Part shown: piece after piece, positions 8,800-18,508 of the stretch
Layout of the letters: each line of letters starts with the position of its first letter
Position numbering within the stretch: the first letter of the stretch is position 1
Notes under the pieces: model-generated
Told to the model about the DNA's origin: nothing
Databases searched by the model: none
What the model saw: the letters and a program-made list of their open reading frames with translations, nothing else
Translations under genes and position numbers: made by a program
NCBI GenBank assembly: GCA_964649715.1
Contig: CAZYTH010000001.1
Span: forward strand, 9,245-73,244
Origin: an uncultured Candidatus Saccharibacteria bacterium
Lineage (GTDB): Bacteria; Patescibacteriota; Minisyncoccia; Phycocordibacterales; UBA12445
Length of the DNA: 64,000 nt
Direction: 5' to 3'

Positions 8800-9135
8800 A
8801 CAAAATAAAGTGAAAAGTTCGGAGGCCGACTGTTAGGTTAATCGTGCTCGAAGCGTACTGGTGTTTCGAATACCGCATTCAAAGAAAGGAGGTTCGTTCA
8901 CCCATGAAGAGCGCTCTCGAAAAGGCGAATCTACCCCACGAGGAGATAAGTCGAAGTAGGGAGACAGCAACAGGAAAATAAAGGAAACCAAAACCAATTG
9001 AAAAGTTTTAAATCGCCAGCCCAAAAAGTCCGACTAGGGCAAGAAAAATGTCGGATAGGTTGCCAGTCTGCAATTCGGCACCTCCAAGCGTTAAAAAAGG
9101 CGCATCACCCTTGACAATATGTCGGGGGTTTTTTC
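8800..9135 (+). ncRNA. Candidate structured ncRNA or long leader of unknown family, ending at an intrinsic terminator.
   Basis: GC-richer non-coding stretch; the only ORFs here are short minus-strand ones (8833-9024, 8648-8878) that look spurious. It ends with the hairpin CCCTTGACA-atat-GTCGGGGG followed by TTTTTTCTTT (9093-9135). Internal hairpins are present, e.g. GTCCGAC...GTCGGA. Confidence 0.3.
9093..9135 (+). terminator. Rho-independent terminator.
   Basis: 9-bp stem CCCTTGACA/TGTCGGGGG (2 G-U pairs) followed by T6CTTT. Confidence 0.5.
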
Positions 9136-9201
9136 TTTACTTTTTTACTAAAAGTAGTATCTTAGTTATCGGTACCAGCTCTTTGATGAAAGGAAAAAAG
9201 A

Positions 9202-9405
9202 TTGGACAATAAAAAAGAATTTTTCCAAAAACTTGCCTCTGTTTTAGAAAAGATGCCAAATAGTGTTTTTGCCAGATGGGTCAAAAACAGAAAAACATGC
9301 GACTATGAAAAAATAAGGAAATTTATTGAAGAAAATATTTCTTGTTGTTATTTGGACGACCCTAACCTTTCTAAAAAAGAAGAAGAATCACCAAACTGCT
9401 GCTGA
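9202..9405 (+). CDS. Small hypothetical protein (67 aa).
   Basis: ORF only; Cys-rich C-terminus. Confidence 0.3.
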   Translation: MDNKKEFFQKLASVLEKMPNSVFARWVKNRKTCDYEKIRKFIEENISCCYLDDPNLSKKEEESPNCC

Positions 9406-9414
9406 GGAGGGAGA

Positions 9415-9627
9415 ATGGAAAAAGAAAATATTTTAGGTATTTTGAATGAAGTTCTTGATAAAACTGATATCGAATTACTGAAAACCATCTTCGCCGAGAA
9501 GGATGAATTAAGAAAAGAATTTGCTTCTTCTATAAAAAGGATTCATGACAAAATTCAAGCAAAAAAGGATGTGGAAAAACACCTAAGGTCTGATCCGACA
9601 AGTTTTCCCTTCAACTTCGGGTGCTGA
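9415..9627 (+). CDS. Small hypothetical protein (70 aa).
   Basis: ORF with an RBS-like GGAGGGAG upstream. Confidence 0.35.
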   Translation: MEKENILGILNEVLDKTDIELLKTIFAEKDELRKEFASSIKRIHDKIQAKKDVEKHLRSDPTSFPFNFGC

Positions 9628-9632
9628 TTACA

Positions 9633-9662
9633 ACGACCGCCTTTTATGGCGGTTTTCTCATA
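9633..9662 (+). terminator. Rho-independent terminator.
   Basis: ACCGCC-tttta-TGGCGGT followed by TTTCTCATATTT. Confidence 0.45.
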
Positions 9663-9768
9663 TTTCTGTATAATTAGTTTTGTTATTAAGATGTAGTTAA
9701 TATCGTCTGAAATAATTTTAATATTCGTTTTTGGTAACTATTTTTACAAGTTTTAATTTAAGTAAAAA

Positions 9769-11697
9769 GTGCAAAAAAATAATAAAAATCATAAGAATGG
9801 TAATGCAAATTTCAAGAAGGTTTTTGGTCAGTTCAGTAGAAATATATTCGGTGTTCTTTTGCTTTTTCTTATAATAATCGGTGTCTATTCCGGTTTCTTG
9901 GAGGAAAAAAGAAGTAATCCAGAGGTTGCTATTTCAATTATCGCAAGCGATATAAGCTCTGGTTTGGTAAAAAAAATATCCATAGAATCAGACGACCTAA
10001 GTATCGAATATAAAGACGGGACAAGAAAGAGGTCAAAGAAAGAAGCGGAGGCTTCTTTGACTCAAACTCTTTTAAATTATGGTGTTTCTGCCGAGGGATT
10101 AAAAAGTATTGAGGTGGAAGTTGTAAGAATGTCCAGTTTTTTCTTTTGGTTTCTTAACTTGGCTCCTTTTTTGATTCCGATAATATTCATTGGGTTTTTG
10201 TTTTGGATGATAACGAATCAGCTGAAAGGATCATCGATGCAAGCTTTTTCTTTCGGTCAATCTAAAGCGAGGATGATAGACCCAAACGATGAAAAGCAGA
10301 AGGTAAGATTCAAAGATGTGGCTGGCGTTAAGGAGGCAAAGGAGGAACTTACAGAAATCGTGGAGTTTTTAAAGAGTCCTAAAAAATTTATAGATATAGG
10401 AGCGAAAATACCAAAAGGTGTATTGCTTATGGGTCCACCCGGATCTGGAAAAACTCTTCTTGCTAGAGCCGTTGCGGGGGAGGCGAATGTTCCTTTTCTC
10501 TATCTGTCTGGTTCTGAATTTGTAGAGATGTTTGTTGGGGTTGGTGCTTCTAGGGTGAGAGATCTTTTTAAAATGGCAAAGAAAGCTGCCCCAGCTATAA
10601 TTTTTATTGATGAAATAGATGCAGTTGCAAGACACATGGGTACCGGTATGGGTGGAGGAAATGACGAAAGGGAACAGACTTTAAACCAAATTCTCGTTGA
10701 GATGGACGGATTTGAGCCGACAGAAAAAGTAATAATAATGGCTGCGACAAATAGGCCGGATGTTTTAGATCAGGCACTTTTGCGCCCAGGAAGATTTGAT
10801 AGAAGGGTAACTCTTGATCTTCCGGACATCAAAGATAGGGAAGATATCATGAATATTCACGCGAAGGGCAAACCTTTTGCGGAAGATGTAAACTTGAGAA
10901 TTATTGCGGAAAGGACACCAGGATTTTCGGGCGCAGATCTTGCAAATGTTATGAACGAAGCTTCTATTTTGGCTGCGAGAGAGAATAGAACAACTGTCGG
11001 ACAATTCGATCTTATCCGCTCTGTAGAAAAAGTGATGCTCGGTCCAGAAAGAAAGAGTCATATACTTTCAGATAAAGAAAAAAACATAACTGCTTATCAT
11101 GAAATGGGTCATGCTCTTGTGGCCTCACTACTTCCTCACTCAGATCCGGTGCACAAAGTTTCTATAATTTCGAGGGGTAGGGCTGCCGGATATACCCTCA
11201 AGCTTCCTTTTGAAGAAAAGAAATTACATTCCAAGAAACAATTTTTAGATGACATCGCTGTTTCTCTCGGTGGTTATGCCGCGGAGAAAATAGTTTTTGG
11301 TGATATTACGACGGGTGCTTCTAACGATATCATGGTTTCAACTGCTCTCGCGAGGGATATGGTCTCAAGATTTGGAATGTCAGATGAAATAGGTCCTGTC
11401 GATTTTGGAAGTTTAACCCGCGAAGTGACGAACGTCGGAATTCTTAATCAGGTTTATTCTGAAGAGTATGCCGCCAATATGGACAAAGAGGTCTCAAAGA
11501 TTATGAACAATGCTTTGAAGAGGGCGGAGAAGATTCTTTCTGAAAAAAGAGAGGTTTTGGACAATATGTCTGCTGAATTGAAAAAGACCGAAACTTTGGA
11601 AAGGAAAGATTTTGAGGATCTTTTAATTTTAAATGGTATCAAACCAAAAAAAATGGAAGATGATGTTGATATCGCAGAGGAGAACCAACTTCTCTAA
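9769..11697 (+). CDS. ftsH: ATP-dependent zinc metalloprotease FtsH.
   Basis: Two N-terminal TM helices, Walker A GPPGSGKT, the AAA SRH region, and the HEMGHA zinc motif. Confidence 0.95.
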   Translation: MQKNNKNHKNGNANFKKVFGQFSRNIFGVLLLFLIIIGVYSGFLEEKRSNPEVAISIIASDISSGLVKKISIESDDLSIEYKDGTRKRSKKEAEASLTQTLLNYGVSAEGLKSIEVEVVRMSSFFFWFLNLAPFLIPIIFIGFLFWMITNQLKGSSMQAFSFGQSKARMIDPNDEKQKVRFKDVAGVKEAKEELTEIVEFLKSPKKFIDIGAKIPKGVLLMGPPGSGKTLLARAVAGEANVPFLYLSGSEFVEMFVGVGASRVRDLFKMAKKAAPAIIFIDEIDAVARHMGTGMGGGNDEREQTLNQILVEMDGFEPTEKVIIMAATNRPDVLDQALLRPGRFDRRVTLDLPDIKDREDIMNIHAKGKPFAEDVNLRIIAERTPGFSGADLANVMNEASILAARENRTTVGQFDLIRSVEKVMLGPERKSHILSDKEKNITAYHEMGHALVASLLPHSDPVHKVSIISRGRAAGYTLKLPFEEKKLHSKKQFLDDIAVSLGGYAAEKIVFGDITTGASNDIMVSTALARDMVSRFGMSDEIGPVDFGSLTREVTNVGILNQVYSEEYAANMDKEVSKIMNNALKRAEKILSEKREVLDNMSAELKKTETLERKDFEDLLILNGIKPKKMEDDVDIAEENQLL

Positions 11698-11759
11698 ATC
11701 ACAAAAGTTAATCAATGGTGTAATAAAATACGCTACTATAGAATTATTATTTTTTTAAA

Positions 11760-13319
11760 ATGGAAGTACCTAAAAAAAGTGATTATTTAAAAGAAGAGGT
11801 TCAAAATAAACATACGAAACTGTCATTAGACACAAAAAACACTCCTATTTTTGTGGCTATTTTTATTATTTTTGTTGTTTCTTCGATTATGACCTTCTCT
11901 TTATATTGGTTTATTAGCATGAAAAGAGATAAAGAATATGACGATAAATTAAATAAAAATCTTGAGAGAGTAAAAGTTGTTGGGAGTATGAGTGAGGACG
12001 GAGAAGTAATCAATTCAAAAATTGTGTTTCTTTCGCCTCATTGGCAAGAGGAAGTAAAGGTTGGTTCAACTTTAATTATCTCTTGGGAAATTAATATGGA
12101 TGAGCCGGATCAATACCAAATTTTTGTTGGTAATGATAAAACGAAAACAGAAAGGGAAATTTACGACAAGGTTTCTACTCTATCTCTTTTGAATGGAACA
12201 TCAAGAAGTTTCAATTGGAATGTTCCCGATCTTATTAAAGATTTTACAGAGGGGAATTTATTAACCCCAAAACAAATAAAAGATCATTTTTATTTGGTAA
12301 TAAATGCTATAAAAAAAGATCGTGTTGGAGGTGGAGTGATTGCTTCTTCAGATAAGGTTTATTTTTCAGTATTGAAAATGGATATAAATGTAAATTCAGG
12401 TTTGGCTTGGGGTCCATCAGATTCCGCGGGGGATATTATTTTTAATAACGGCAATATCGGTGGCGTAGGCAATCTTCCGACAAATGAGACTGCTTTTATT
12501 TTGGATAAATCCCACATAATTACGGTAATAACAAATTATCATTGGAATGATGGAAGGGGTAGCGCCCCCGGTTTTATAGAGGTAAGAGACGGTTCGGGCA
12601 AAGTATTCGGCAGATGGACTCCAAAGACCAGAAACGGTCAGGGTGCTGTTCTGAATGCTTATTGGGATGTTTATCCTAATATAATTCTTCCTCCTGGACG
12701 ATATCTAGTAATAGATTCTGATCCTGCTACTTGGTCTCAGAATCATTATTCGGGAAATAGTGGTCATTCTTTGGTTAAGGGCTTCCCTCAAGAGTTGCCA
12801 GAGACCTGTTTTATTCTTGGAAGTGAACTTCGTTATCTATCAAAAGATGAAGGATCGTCCGAAGATGTTAGAATTTTACAAGATTTTCTTAAAAACGAAG
12901 GCTATACTAATGATACGCCTGATGGATTTTATGGTCTTTCGACAGTCTCCTTGATAAAAGAATTTCAGAAGAATTTTAATCTTACTCAGACGGGCAATGT
13001 AGATGGAGAAACAAAAGCAAAAATCGAAGAGATGAGTTGTTATAGCAATTATTTAGAGCCGGATGCAATAATAATAAAATCTGACTCAAAATGTATAGAT
13101 ACTGATGGTGGTAGAGATTATTACACAAAAGGAACTGTTTCTGGGGAAGATCAGACTGGTGGTACTGATTATTGCATAGACTCATGGAACGAAATGGGAA
13201 AGATGGAATATTATAATCCACCCAAATTATTGGAATATTATTGTGTTGAGGGTAGTAATCATTACACAATTGAAAAAATTGATTGTCCCAACGGTTGTCT
13301 AGGCGGAGCCTGCATATAA
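11760..13319 (+). CDS. Membrane-anchored extracytoplasmic protein with a putative peptidoglycan-binding domain (PG_binding_1-like).
   Basis: N-terminal TM segment (IFVAIFIIFVVSSIMTF). The segment DVRILQDFLKNEGY...DGFYGLSTVSLIKEFQKNFNLTQTGNVDGETKAKI matches the PGBD consensus. Confidence 0.55.
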   Translation: MEVPKKSDYLKEEVQNKHTKLSLDTKNTPIFVAIFIIFVVSSIMTFSLYWFISMKRDKEYDDKLNKNLERVKVVGSMSEDGEVINSKIVFLSPHWQEEVKVGSTLIISWEINMDEPDQYQIFVGNDKTKTEREIYDKVSTLSLLNGTSRSFNWNVPDLIKDFTEGNLLTPKQIKDHFYLVINAIKKDRVGGGVIASSDKVYFSVLKMDINVNSGLAWGPSDSAGDIIFNNGNIGGVGNLPTNETAFILDKSHIITVITNYHWNDGRGSAPGFIEVRDGSGKVFGRWTPKTRNGQGAVLNAYWDVYPNIILPPGRYLVIDSDPATWSQNHYSGNSGHSLVKGFPQELPETCFILGSELRYLSKDEGSSEDVRILQDFLKNEGYTNDTPDGFYGLSTVSLIKEFQKNFNLTQTGNVDGETKAKIEEMSCYSNYLEPDAIIIKSDSKCIDTDGGRDYYTKGTVSGEDQTGGTDYCIDSWNEMGKMEYYNPPKLLEYYCVEGSNHYTIEKIDCPNGCLGGACI

Positions 13320-13356
13320 TAATTTTAGTAGTAATAAATATTTAAAAAATAATTAT

Positions 13357-14568
13357 ATGAAAAAATATATTTTACTGATTTTATTATTATTGCCGATACT
13401 TTCTTTTGCTGATGGTGGTTTCTTCGTTTATGATCCGCTGGCGGGTCGTTTTGATACACACAAAGAGACAGACCAGACCGTTTACATTAATTACGATAAC
13501 GGTTTTGAAAAAATGATATTAACGGTCGGGGCCGAAGGCGACTTGAAGAGCGATGCTTTTTGGATATTTCCGGTCCCGGCCTCTCCCGAGAAGATTGTAA
13601 TCGATATAATAAAAGATATTCCAAAACTTGATGGGGAAGAAGTTTTCAATGGTGCAAGTAAAAGAATGTCTCAAATGAGAGAAAGTTTTCTTGTGAGAGT
13701 CTTTCCACCTCTTTTAGTCATGCAAGGCGCTTTTAAAATGGACAGTGTGGCATTGCCTCATTATCCTGGTGCCAGTGGAGTGGTTGTTCATGAACGCATA
13801 GAAAAGGAAGGCATGATATCTGAGATAATATCCGCAAAAGACCCCATCTCTCTCGATAACTATTTTATGGGACGAGGTATTAGTGCGAGTAAGGGTTCAA
13901 TACCTGTATTGGGGCTCTATACCGATAAAAATTACTCTTTTGTTGTTTCGTGGATAAATAAGGATTATCAGCAGTCTGCTTCTAAGAGGGGCATATTTGT
14001 AACATTCCCAACTGAATATATTTATTTTCCTTTGGTTCCAACAAGTGTTTATGGAAGTGAGGTTGTACCGGCAGAAATAAAAGTTTTAGGTCATATAACC
14101 CCCGAAATATTCGATAATATTAAGAATTATTCAAAAATCTATTATTATACGGCAGGTAGTTATGGTGGACCATCGGAGTTTTATTCAAGTATTAATAATA
14201 AAAAACTTGATTACACAAGAATAAAACTAGATCCTCCTTCAAAATATTTGACGGAGGATTTGTGGATGGAAAATAAGACGCCGGCAAAAATATTATTGCC
14301 AAGAATGATTGTTAATAATTACAGTATTTTAGAGTTAGTTTTGTTTCTTCTATTATCGGCAGTGTCAAGCATTTTTGCCGGTATAATAGTGTCTCCATCT
14401 TTTAGAAATAAATGGGGCATTGGAAAATTGGCACTTTTGGGGGTTACCAATCTATTTACGGTTTTTGTTTATTTTATTGCATTGATTTCTCTCGGTGAAA
14501 ATTATTCAGAGACAATAGAAAATAGAGATCTTAAAAAATACCCATGGAAATCTCTAAGAAAATATTGA
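13357..14568 (+). CDS. Secreted protein with a signal peptide and a C-terminal membrane anchor; hypothetical.
   Basis: N-terminal MKKYILLILLLLPILSFA; two C-terminal hydrophobic helices. Confidence 0.5.
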   Translation: MKKYILLILLLLPILSFADGGFFVYDPLAGRFDTHKETDQTVYINYDNGFEKMILTVGAEGDLKSDAFWIFPVPASPEKIVIDIIKDIPKLDGEEVFNGASKRMSQMRESFLVRVFPPLLVMQGAFKMDSVALPHYPGASGVVVHERIEKEGMISEIISAKDPISLDNYFMGRGISASKGSIPVLGLYTDKNYSFVVSWINKDYQQSASKRGIFVTFPTEYIYFPLVPTSVYGSEVVPAEIKVLGHITPEIFDNIKNYSKIYYYTAGSYGGPSEFYSSINNKKLDYTRIKLDPPSKYLTEDLWMENKTPAKILLPRMIVNNYSILELVLFLLLSAVSSIFAGIIVSPSFRNKWGIGKLALLGVTNLFTVFVYFIALISLGENYSETIENRDLKKYPWKSLRKY

Positions 14569-14808
14569 TAACAATAATTTTTTCGATAACCTTCGGTGCA
14601 TTGTCGTATTTGATTTTTACTCCTCTTGAAAAATATTTTAGTCATCCTGAACTTTTAGAATATGTTTCTCAAACCGAAAGGCCGTTTCCATCACCATTTG
14701 ATTTTTAGTTTTTTATCTGTTTGTGGTCGATTTTATTTCTGTTAATCGCTTAAGTGGTTTTCTATTTACTTATTTCCTAACTTGAATTATATTGTTATTT
14801 GTTGAAAT

Positions 14809-14881
14809 GCACGTATAGCTCAATTGGTAGAGCAATCGTCTTATACACGATCGGTTCTAGGTTCGAGTCCTAGTACGTGCA
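14809..14881 (+). tRNA. tRNA with a UAU anticodon (tRNA-Ile reading AUA); CCA not encoded.
   Basis: Manual fold: acceptor GCACGTA/TACGTGC, D-arm GCTC/GAGC, anticodon stem ATCGT/ACGAT with loop CTTATAC (anticodon TAT at 14842-14844), T-arm CTAGG-TTCGAGT-CCTAG, discriminator A. Confidence 0.75.
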
Positions 14882-15038
14882 CACTCATGGGAGAGGTTCA
14901 GGGTCCGAGAGGGCTCATATTTCCTCTGCCCATATTAATAAATTTTTATCTTCCATTGATTAAGTTATAGATAATTTCAAGAAAGAAAACTATTTTCTAA
15001 TAATATCTTTTTGAAATAGTTATTTTTGTTGTACAATA

Positions 15039-15926
15039 TTGGTAATTATGGCTGAGGAAGAAAATCAAAATCGAAAAAATATTACAAAAAAGGAGAAGAT
15101 TTCTCCCAGCATCTTTGTTTATAGAATTAATGACGATATCTTTATTCGAGATAACGAGAAAATATTTGAATTTAAAGATATAGAGAACATTGAACAAGTA
15201 ATTTTTTTTATTAATAAATTAACAAAAGGATTAGATATCATCTCTTTTAAAGATGGTTTAGGAAAAAAAGAAAAGGATAATTTTTTACAGATATATGATT
15301 TTTTAAAGAAGAATAATTTTTTGGTTGAGTGTGATTGCGCTGATTGCAAAGAACATGGGGAAATAAGAAAACAGCCGTTAAAAATAAAAATTACATCAAA
15401 AGATAAAAATTTTTCCAGGATTTTAAATAATATTGCCTTAGAAAATGGGTTATCGGAAATTGTAGAGACAGATATGGACGATTATGATTTATTAATATTT
15501 GTTAAAGAAAAAGATACTAACGAAGATGTTCTTAAGAAGATTAATTTAGAAAGTATAAAAAATCATAAGATTTGGCTTTTGGTAGATTTAAGTATCGGTA
15601 ATTATGCATCAATTGGTCCGTTGGTTAGATTAGGCGGAAATCCTTGCTATGAGTGTTTTGTCGAAAGAAAAAAAATAAATAATGATATCCTTACCATTCA
15701 TGAAGACGATAAAAGGGTGTCTATAAAAGAAGGTGTTATTTCTTTCTTGCCATTTCAATATAGTTTTGTTTCATCTATTTTGACCGATTACATTTTAAAT
15801 TTATCAAAAGAAGAGTATGTTTCTTTGGATTTTAATAGTATAATTTACATTGATCTTAACAATTTTAAGATTTGGAAAGAGAGTCTTTTAAAGTACCCAA
15901 ATTGTTCAATTTGTAAAAAATTATAA
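15039..15926 (+). CDS. Putative TOMM cyclodehydratase partner protein (E1-like / ocin-ThiF-like, SagC-type); the assignment is tentative.
   Basis: It lies immediately upstream of the precursor and the YcaO gene. It has CxxC-type motifs (CDCADCKEHG, GGNPCYECF, NCSICKK). No firm family match can be made by eye. Confidence 0.4.
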   Translation: MVIMAEEENQNRKNITKKEKISPSIFVYRINDDIFIRDNEKIFEFKDIENIEQVIFFINKLTKGLDIISFKDGLGKKEKDNFLQIYDFLKKNNFLVECDCADCKEHGEIRKQPLKIKITSKDKNFSRILNNIALENGLSEIVETDMDDYDLLIFVKEKDTNEDVLKKINLESIKNHKIWLLVDLSIGNYASIGPLVRLGGNPCYECFVERKKINNDILTIHEDDKRVSIKEGVISFLPFQYSFVSSILTDYILNLSKEEYVSLDFNSIIYIDLNNFKIWKESLLKYPNCSICKKL

Positions 15927-15940
15927 GTTAAAATATTTAG

Positions 15941-16381
15941 ATGAAAATTTCAAAACTAGATAATAATTTTGAAGACAAAAAGAGTTCTACAATTACTTTA
16001 TATAATACTTGTTGCTGCTGTTGTTGCTGTTGTATCTTGACACCCATAGGGGGGTATCTGGCAGAAAAAGCTGTTCAGCGAAGTTACAATTATAATCATA
16101 ATTTAGCCTTTAACACCTTTATTAATTTTATTTTTCTAATAATTTCTTTGTTGCCCGCTTATTATTGGATAAACGATATGGGATTTCCAGCTCTAACAAT
16201 TTCCGCAGCGATTTACAGCATTCTTTTAGGTATCTTTTCTTTTTATTGGATACCACCAGAAGAATCTTTGGAGGTTAGATTCCAAGCAGTAGCATATCAA
16301 GTCCTTGTTTCTATTGTTTTATATGTTATTTTCTTTTTCGCCTCCTTCCTACTACTTTTCCTATTGCCTCTTTTCGGTTAA
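15941..16381 (+). CDS. TOMM/streptolysin-S-like precursor peptide with a poly-cysteine core (8 contiguous Cys), apparently fused to a ~100-aa hydrophobic membrane domain.
   Basis: MKISKLDNNFEDKKSSTITLYNT-CCCCCCCC-ILTPIGG... The Cys codons at 16010-16033 alternate TGT/TGC. The organisation leader + Cys tract + Gly resembles SagA. The C-terminal 100 aa contain 3-4 predicted TM helices. Confidence 0.55.
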   Translation: MKISKLDNNFEDKKSSTITLYNTCCCCCCCCILTPIGGYLAEKAVQRSYNYNHNLAFNTFINFIFLIISLLPAYYWINDMGFPALTISAAIYSILLGIFSFYWIPPEESLEVRFQAVAYQVLVSIVLYVIFFFASFLLLFLLPLFG

Positions 16382-16390
16382 ATATAAAAA

Positions 16391-17689
16391 GTGATAGATG
16401 TAAATAAACTTATAGGCCGAAGAAATGGCCTCGTAAAAGAGGTTATCGAAACCTATATAGATGAAAACGAACCAAAGATATACTCCTTTGCGGCTCAAAG
16501 GGGGTTTTTAGATTGGGAAAGAGATAAGGGCTATCGTTCTCTTGCTGTTGGTGGAGGAGGAGGTTTAACAAAAGAAGAAGCCCTCTTGAGATCTTGTGGT
16601 GAGGTTGTTGAAAGATACTGCAGTAGTTTTTTGAGAAACGAAGAATTCATAAGAGGTAGTTTTAATTCTTTAAAAAATAAATATAATCTTTTGAATCCTC
16701 AATATTTGACCATTTATTCAAAAAAACAGTACAAACAAGATAATTTTGTATTTAGAGAATTCACCCAAGATTCTCACACAGAATGGGTTTCAGCATATTC
16801 TTATAAAAATAAAAAAAATAAGTATATTCCGGCTTTCTTGGTTTATCTTCCATATAGTGATTTTGAAAAAGGAGGGAAATACTACCCCTCTTCTTCCACT
16901 GGGCTATCATGTGCTCCTTCTTACGAAGAGGCGGTATTGAAAGGACTCTTAGAAATTATTGAAAGAGATGCGTTTTCTATCTCTTGGATAAATCAGCTTT
17001 TCCCACCCAGAATAGATATAAATAATATTGATGAAAAATACGAAGAACTTTTAAGGGTATTTAATTTTGAAAATATTAATTATAATATTTTTGACATAAC
17101 CTCTGATTTTGGGATACCGGTTATTGCAGCTCTTTCTTTTGGCAATTCTTCTTTTGGATATGTAGCATCCTTGGGTCTTTCTTGTTCAACAGATTATTAT
17201 AGGGCAACAAAGAAAGCCTTGATAGAAAATGCACAAGGAAGAGTATCTGTCGCTTTTCAAAGAAAAAGAGAACCGGACAAAAAGTATAGAGATGATTTTA
17301 AAGATGTCGTTAATTTTGACGATCATTCGTATATATATTCTACAGATCCGACACTAAAAGATAAGCTAAGTTTTTTGAGGGGCTCTAATAATGAAATAAA
17401 ACCTAATAAGTTAGACAAAGGCAAAAACCTAGATGAAATTATTGAAATATTCTTAAAAAAGGGTTTTGATGTGTATGCTAAAGATCTTACAACCCCTGAC
17501 ATAGAGGACGTTGGACTAAAAGTTGTTAGGGTGTTTGTTCCTGGTATGGTTTATTTACACGGCACACATAGTAACCCTTTTTTGGGAAGTGGTAGAATGT
17601 ATAAGCCATCAGATATTTTTAAATGGTGTAATATAAAAACAAGTAGAGAGGAGGATATTTCTTCTTTTCCACCGCATCTTTTAGGCTAA
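16391..17689 (+). CDS. YcaO-domain cyclodehydratase (TOMM D protein).
   Basis: SLAVGGGGGLTKEEALLRSCGEVVERY matches the YcaO ATP-binding motif (GxGxTxxEAxxSxxxExxER). A second YcaO motif is SSSTGLSCAPSYEEAVLKGLLEIIERDAF. Confidence 0.85.
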   Translation: MIDVNKLIGRRNGLVKEVIETYIDENEPKIYSFAAQRGFLDWERDKGYRSLAVGGGGGLTKEEALLRSCGEVVERYCSSFLRNEEFIRGSFNSLKNKYNLLNPQYLTIYSKKQYKQDNFVFREFTQDSHTEWVSAYSYKNKKNKYIPAFLVYLPYSDFEKGGKYYPSSSTGLSCAPSYEEAVLKGLLEIIERDAFSISWINQLFPPRIDINNIDEKYEELLRVFNFENINYNIFDITSDFGIPVIAALSFGNSSFGYVASLGLSCSTDYYRATKKALIENAQGRVSVAFQRKREPDKKYRDDFKDVVNFDDHSYIYSTDPTLKDKLSFLRGSNNEIKPNKLDKGKNLDEIIEIFLKKGFDVYAKDLTTPDIEDVGLKVVRVFVPGMVYLHGTHSNPFLGSGRMYKPSDIFKWCNIKTSREEDISSFPPHLLG

Positions 17690-17690
17690 A

Positions 17691-18482
17691 ATGAGGGAAT
17701 TCAAAGATATATTTAAAAAAGATTTTAACAACAAGAATGAATTTTCTCTTGCTGATTTTTTTAATGAGAATACAGAACTAAGCAAAAAAGATATTTCATC
17801 TCATTTCCAAAGAATAGCAACGTATTACGATTTTAAAAAAGAGAACTTAAAAATAGCTGAAGATAAATTTCCTTTTGCTAAAAAGATTTCACTTACAAAT
17901 ATTAAGACAAAATTATTTTCATCGTTTAAAAAAGTTTTAAATAACAGAAGATCAAGAAGGATTTTTTCTGATAAAAAAATTTCTCTTTCTGAAATATCGA
18001 GTCTTTTAAAACTTAGTTATGGAAAAATAGAAGTAGATGGTCATCCTTTTTCAACAATTCCTTCCGCCGGAGCTATTTTCCCTCTACACCTATATTTGTT
18101 AAGTGAAAATACAGAACTAACTAAGGGGGTTTATCACTATCATTATGTGAACAATTATCTTAATCAGGTACTTGTTGATATTGGAATAAAAGAAAAAGTT
18201 GAAGATTCTGTTGTGTTAAAAAATTTAGATTCGTTCCCTTCGTTATTGTTTGTTATAACAGCAGACCTTAGAGATATCTGTACGAAATACGGAGACAGAG
18301 GATATCGCTTTTCTCTAATCGAAAGTGGGCATTTAGGACAAAACCTTCTTTTGTCAGCTGAATATTATAATATGAATGCAGTGGCCCTTGGTGGTTTTTT
18401 TGATAAAGAATTGGCTAGTCTAATTAAGGTCAACTATGAGTTTGAGAAACCTTTATATGTGATAGCAATGGGTAAGAAATAA
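17691..18482 (+). CDS. SagB-type (McbC-like) FMN-dependent dehydrogenase (TOMM B protein).
   Basis: Nitroreductase-fold signatures NNRRSRRIF and PSAGAIFPLHLYLL, plus Y-rich YHYHYV. Its start overlaps the YcaO stop. Confidence 0.8.
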   Translation: MREFKDIFKKDFNNKNEFSLADFFNENTELSKKDISSHFQRIATYYDFKKENLKIAEDKFPFAKKISLTNIKTKLFSSFKKVLNNRRSRRIFSDKKISLSEISSLLKLSYGKIEVDGHPFSTIPSAGAIFPLHLYLLSENTELTKGVYHYHYVNNYLNQVLVDIGIKEKVEDSVVLKNLDSFPSLLFVITADLRDICTKYGDRGYRFSLIESGHLGQNLLLSAEYYNMNAVALGGFFDKELASLIKVNYEFEKPLYVIAMGKK

Positions 18483-18508
18483 ATTACCGTTAAATAATAT
18501 TTTTTATT

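Noticed and set aside
8990-9070. Possible RNase P RNA (the string AAAGTCCGACTAGGGCAAG resembles the P4/CR-I region).
   Set aside because: It forms a simple local hairpin with GTCGGA downstream. No CR-IV/CR-V (ACAGAA...GGCTTA) is present, and the terminator lies ~100 nt downstream, which is incompatible with RNase P architecture.
16010-16033. The poly-Cys tract as a sequencing or assembly homopolymer artefact.
   Set aside because: The codons alternate TGT/TGC (tgttgctgctgttgttgctgttgt), which is not a mononucleotide run, and the frame is maintained on both sides.
15941-16381. CPBP/CAAX-protease (SagE-like) identity for the membrane part of the precursor ORF (EESLEVRF resembles the EExxxR motif).
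   Set aside because: The spacing is off by one, and no FxxxH or HxxxN/D motifs follow.
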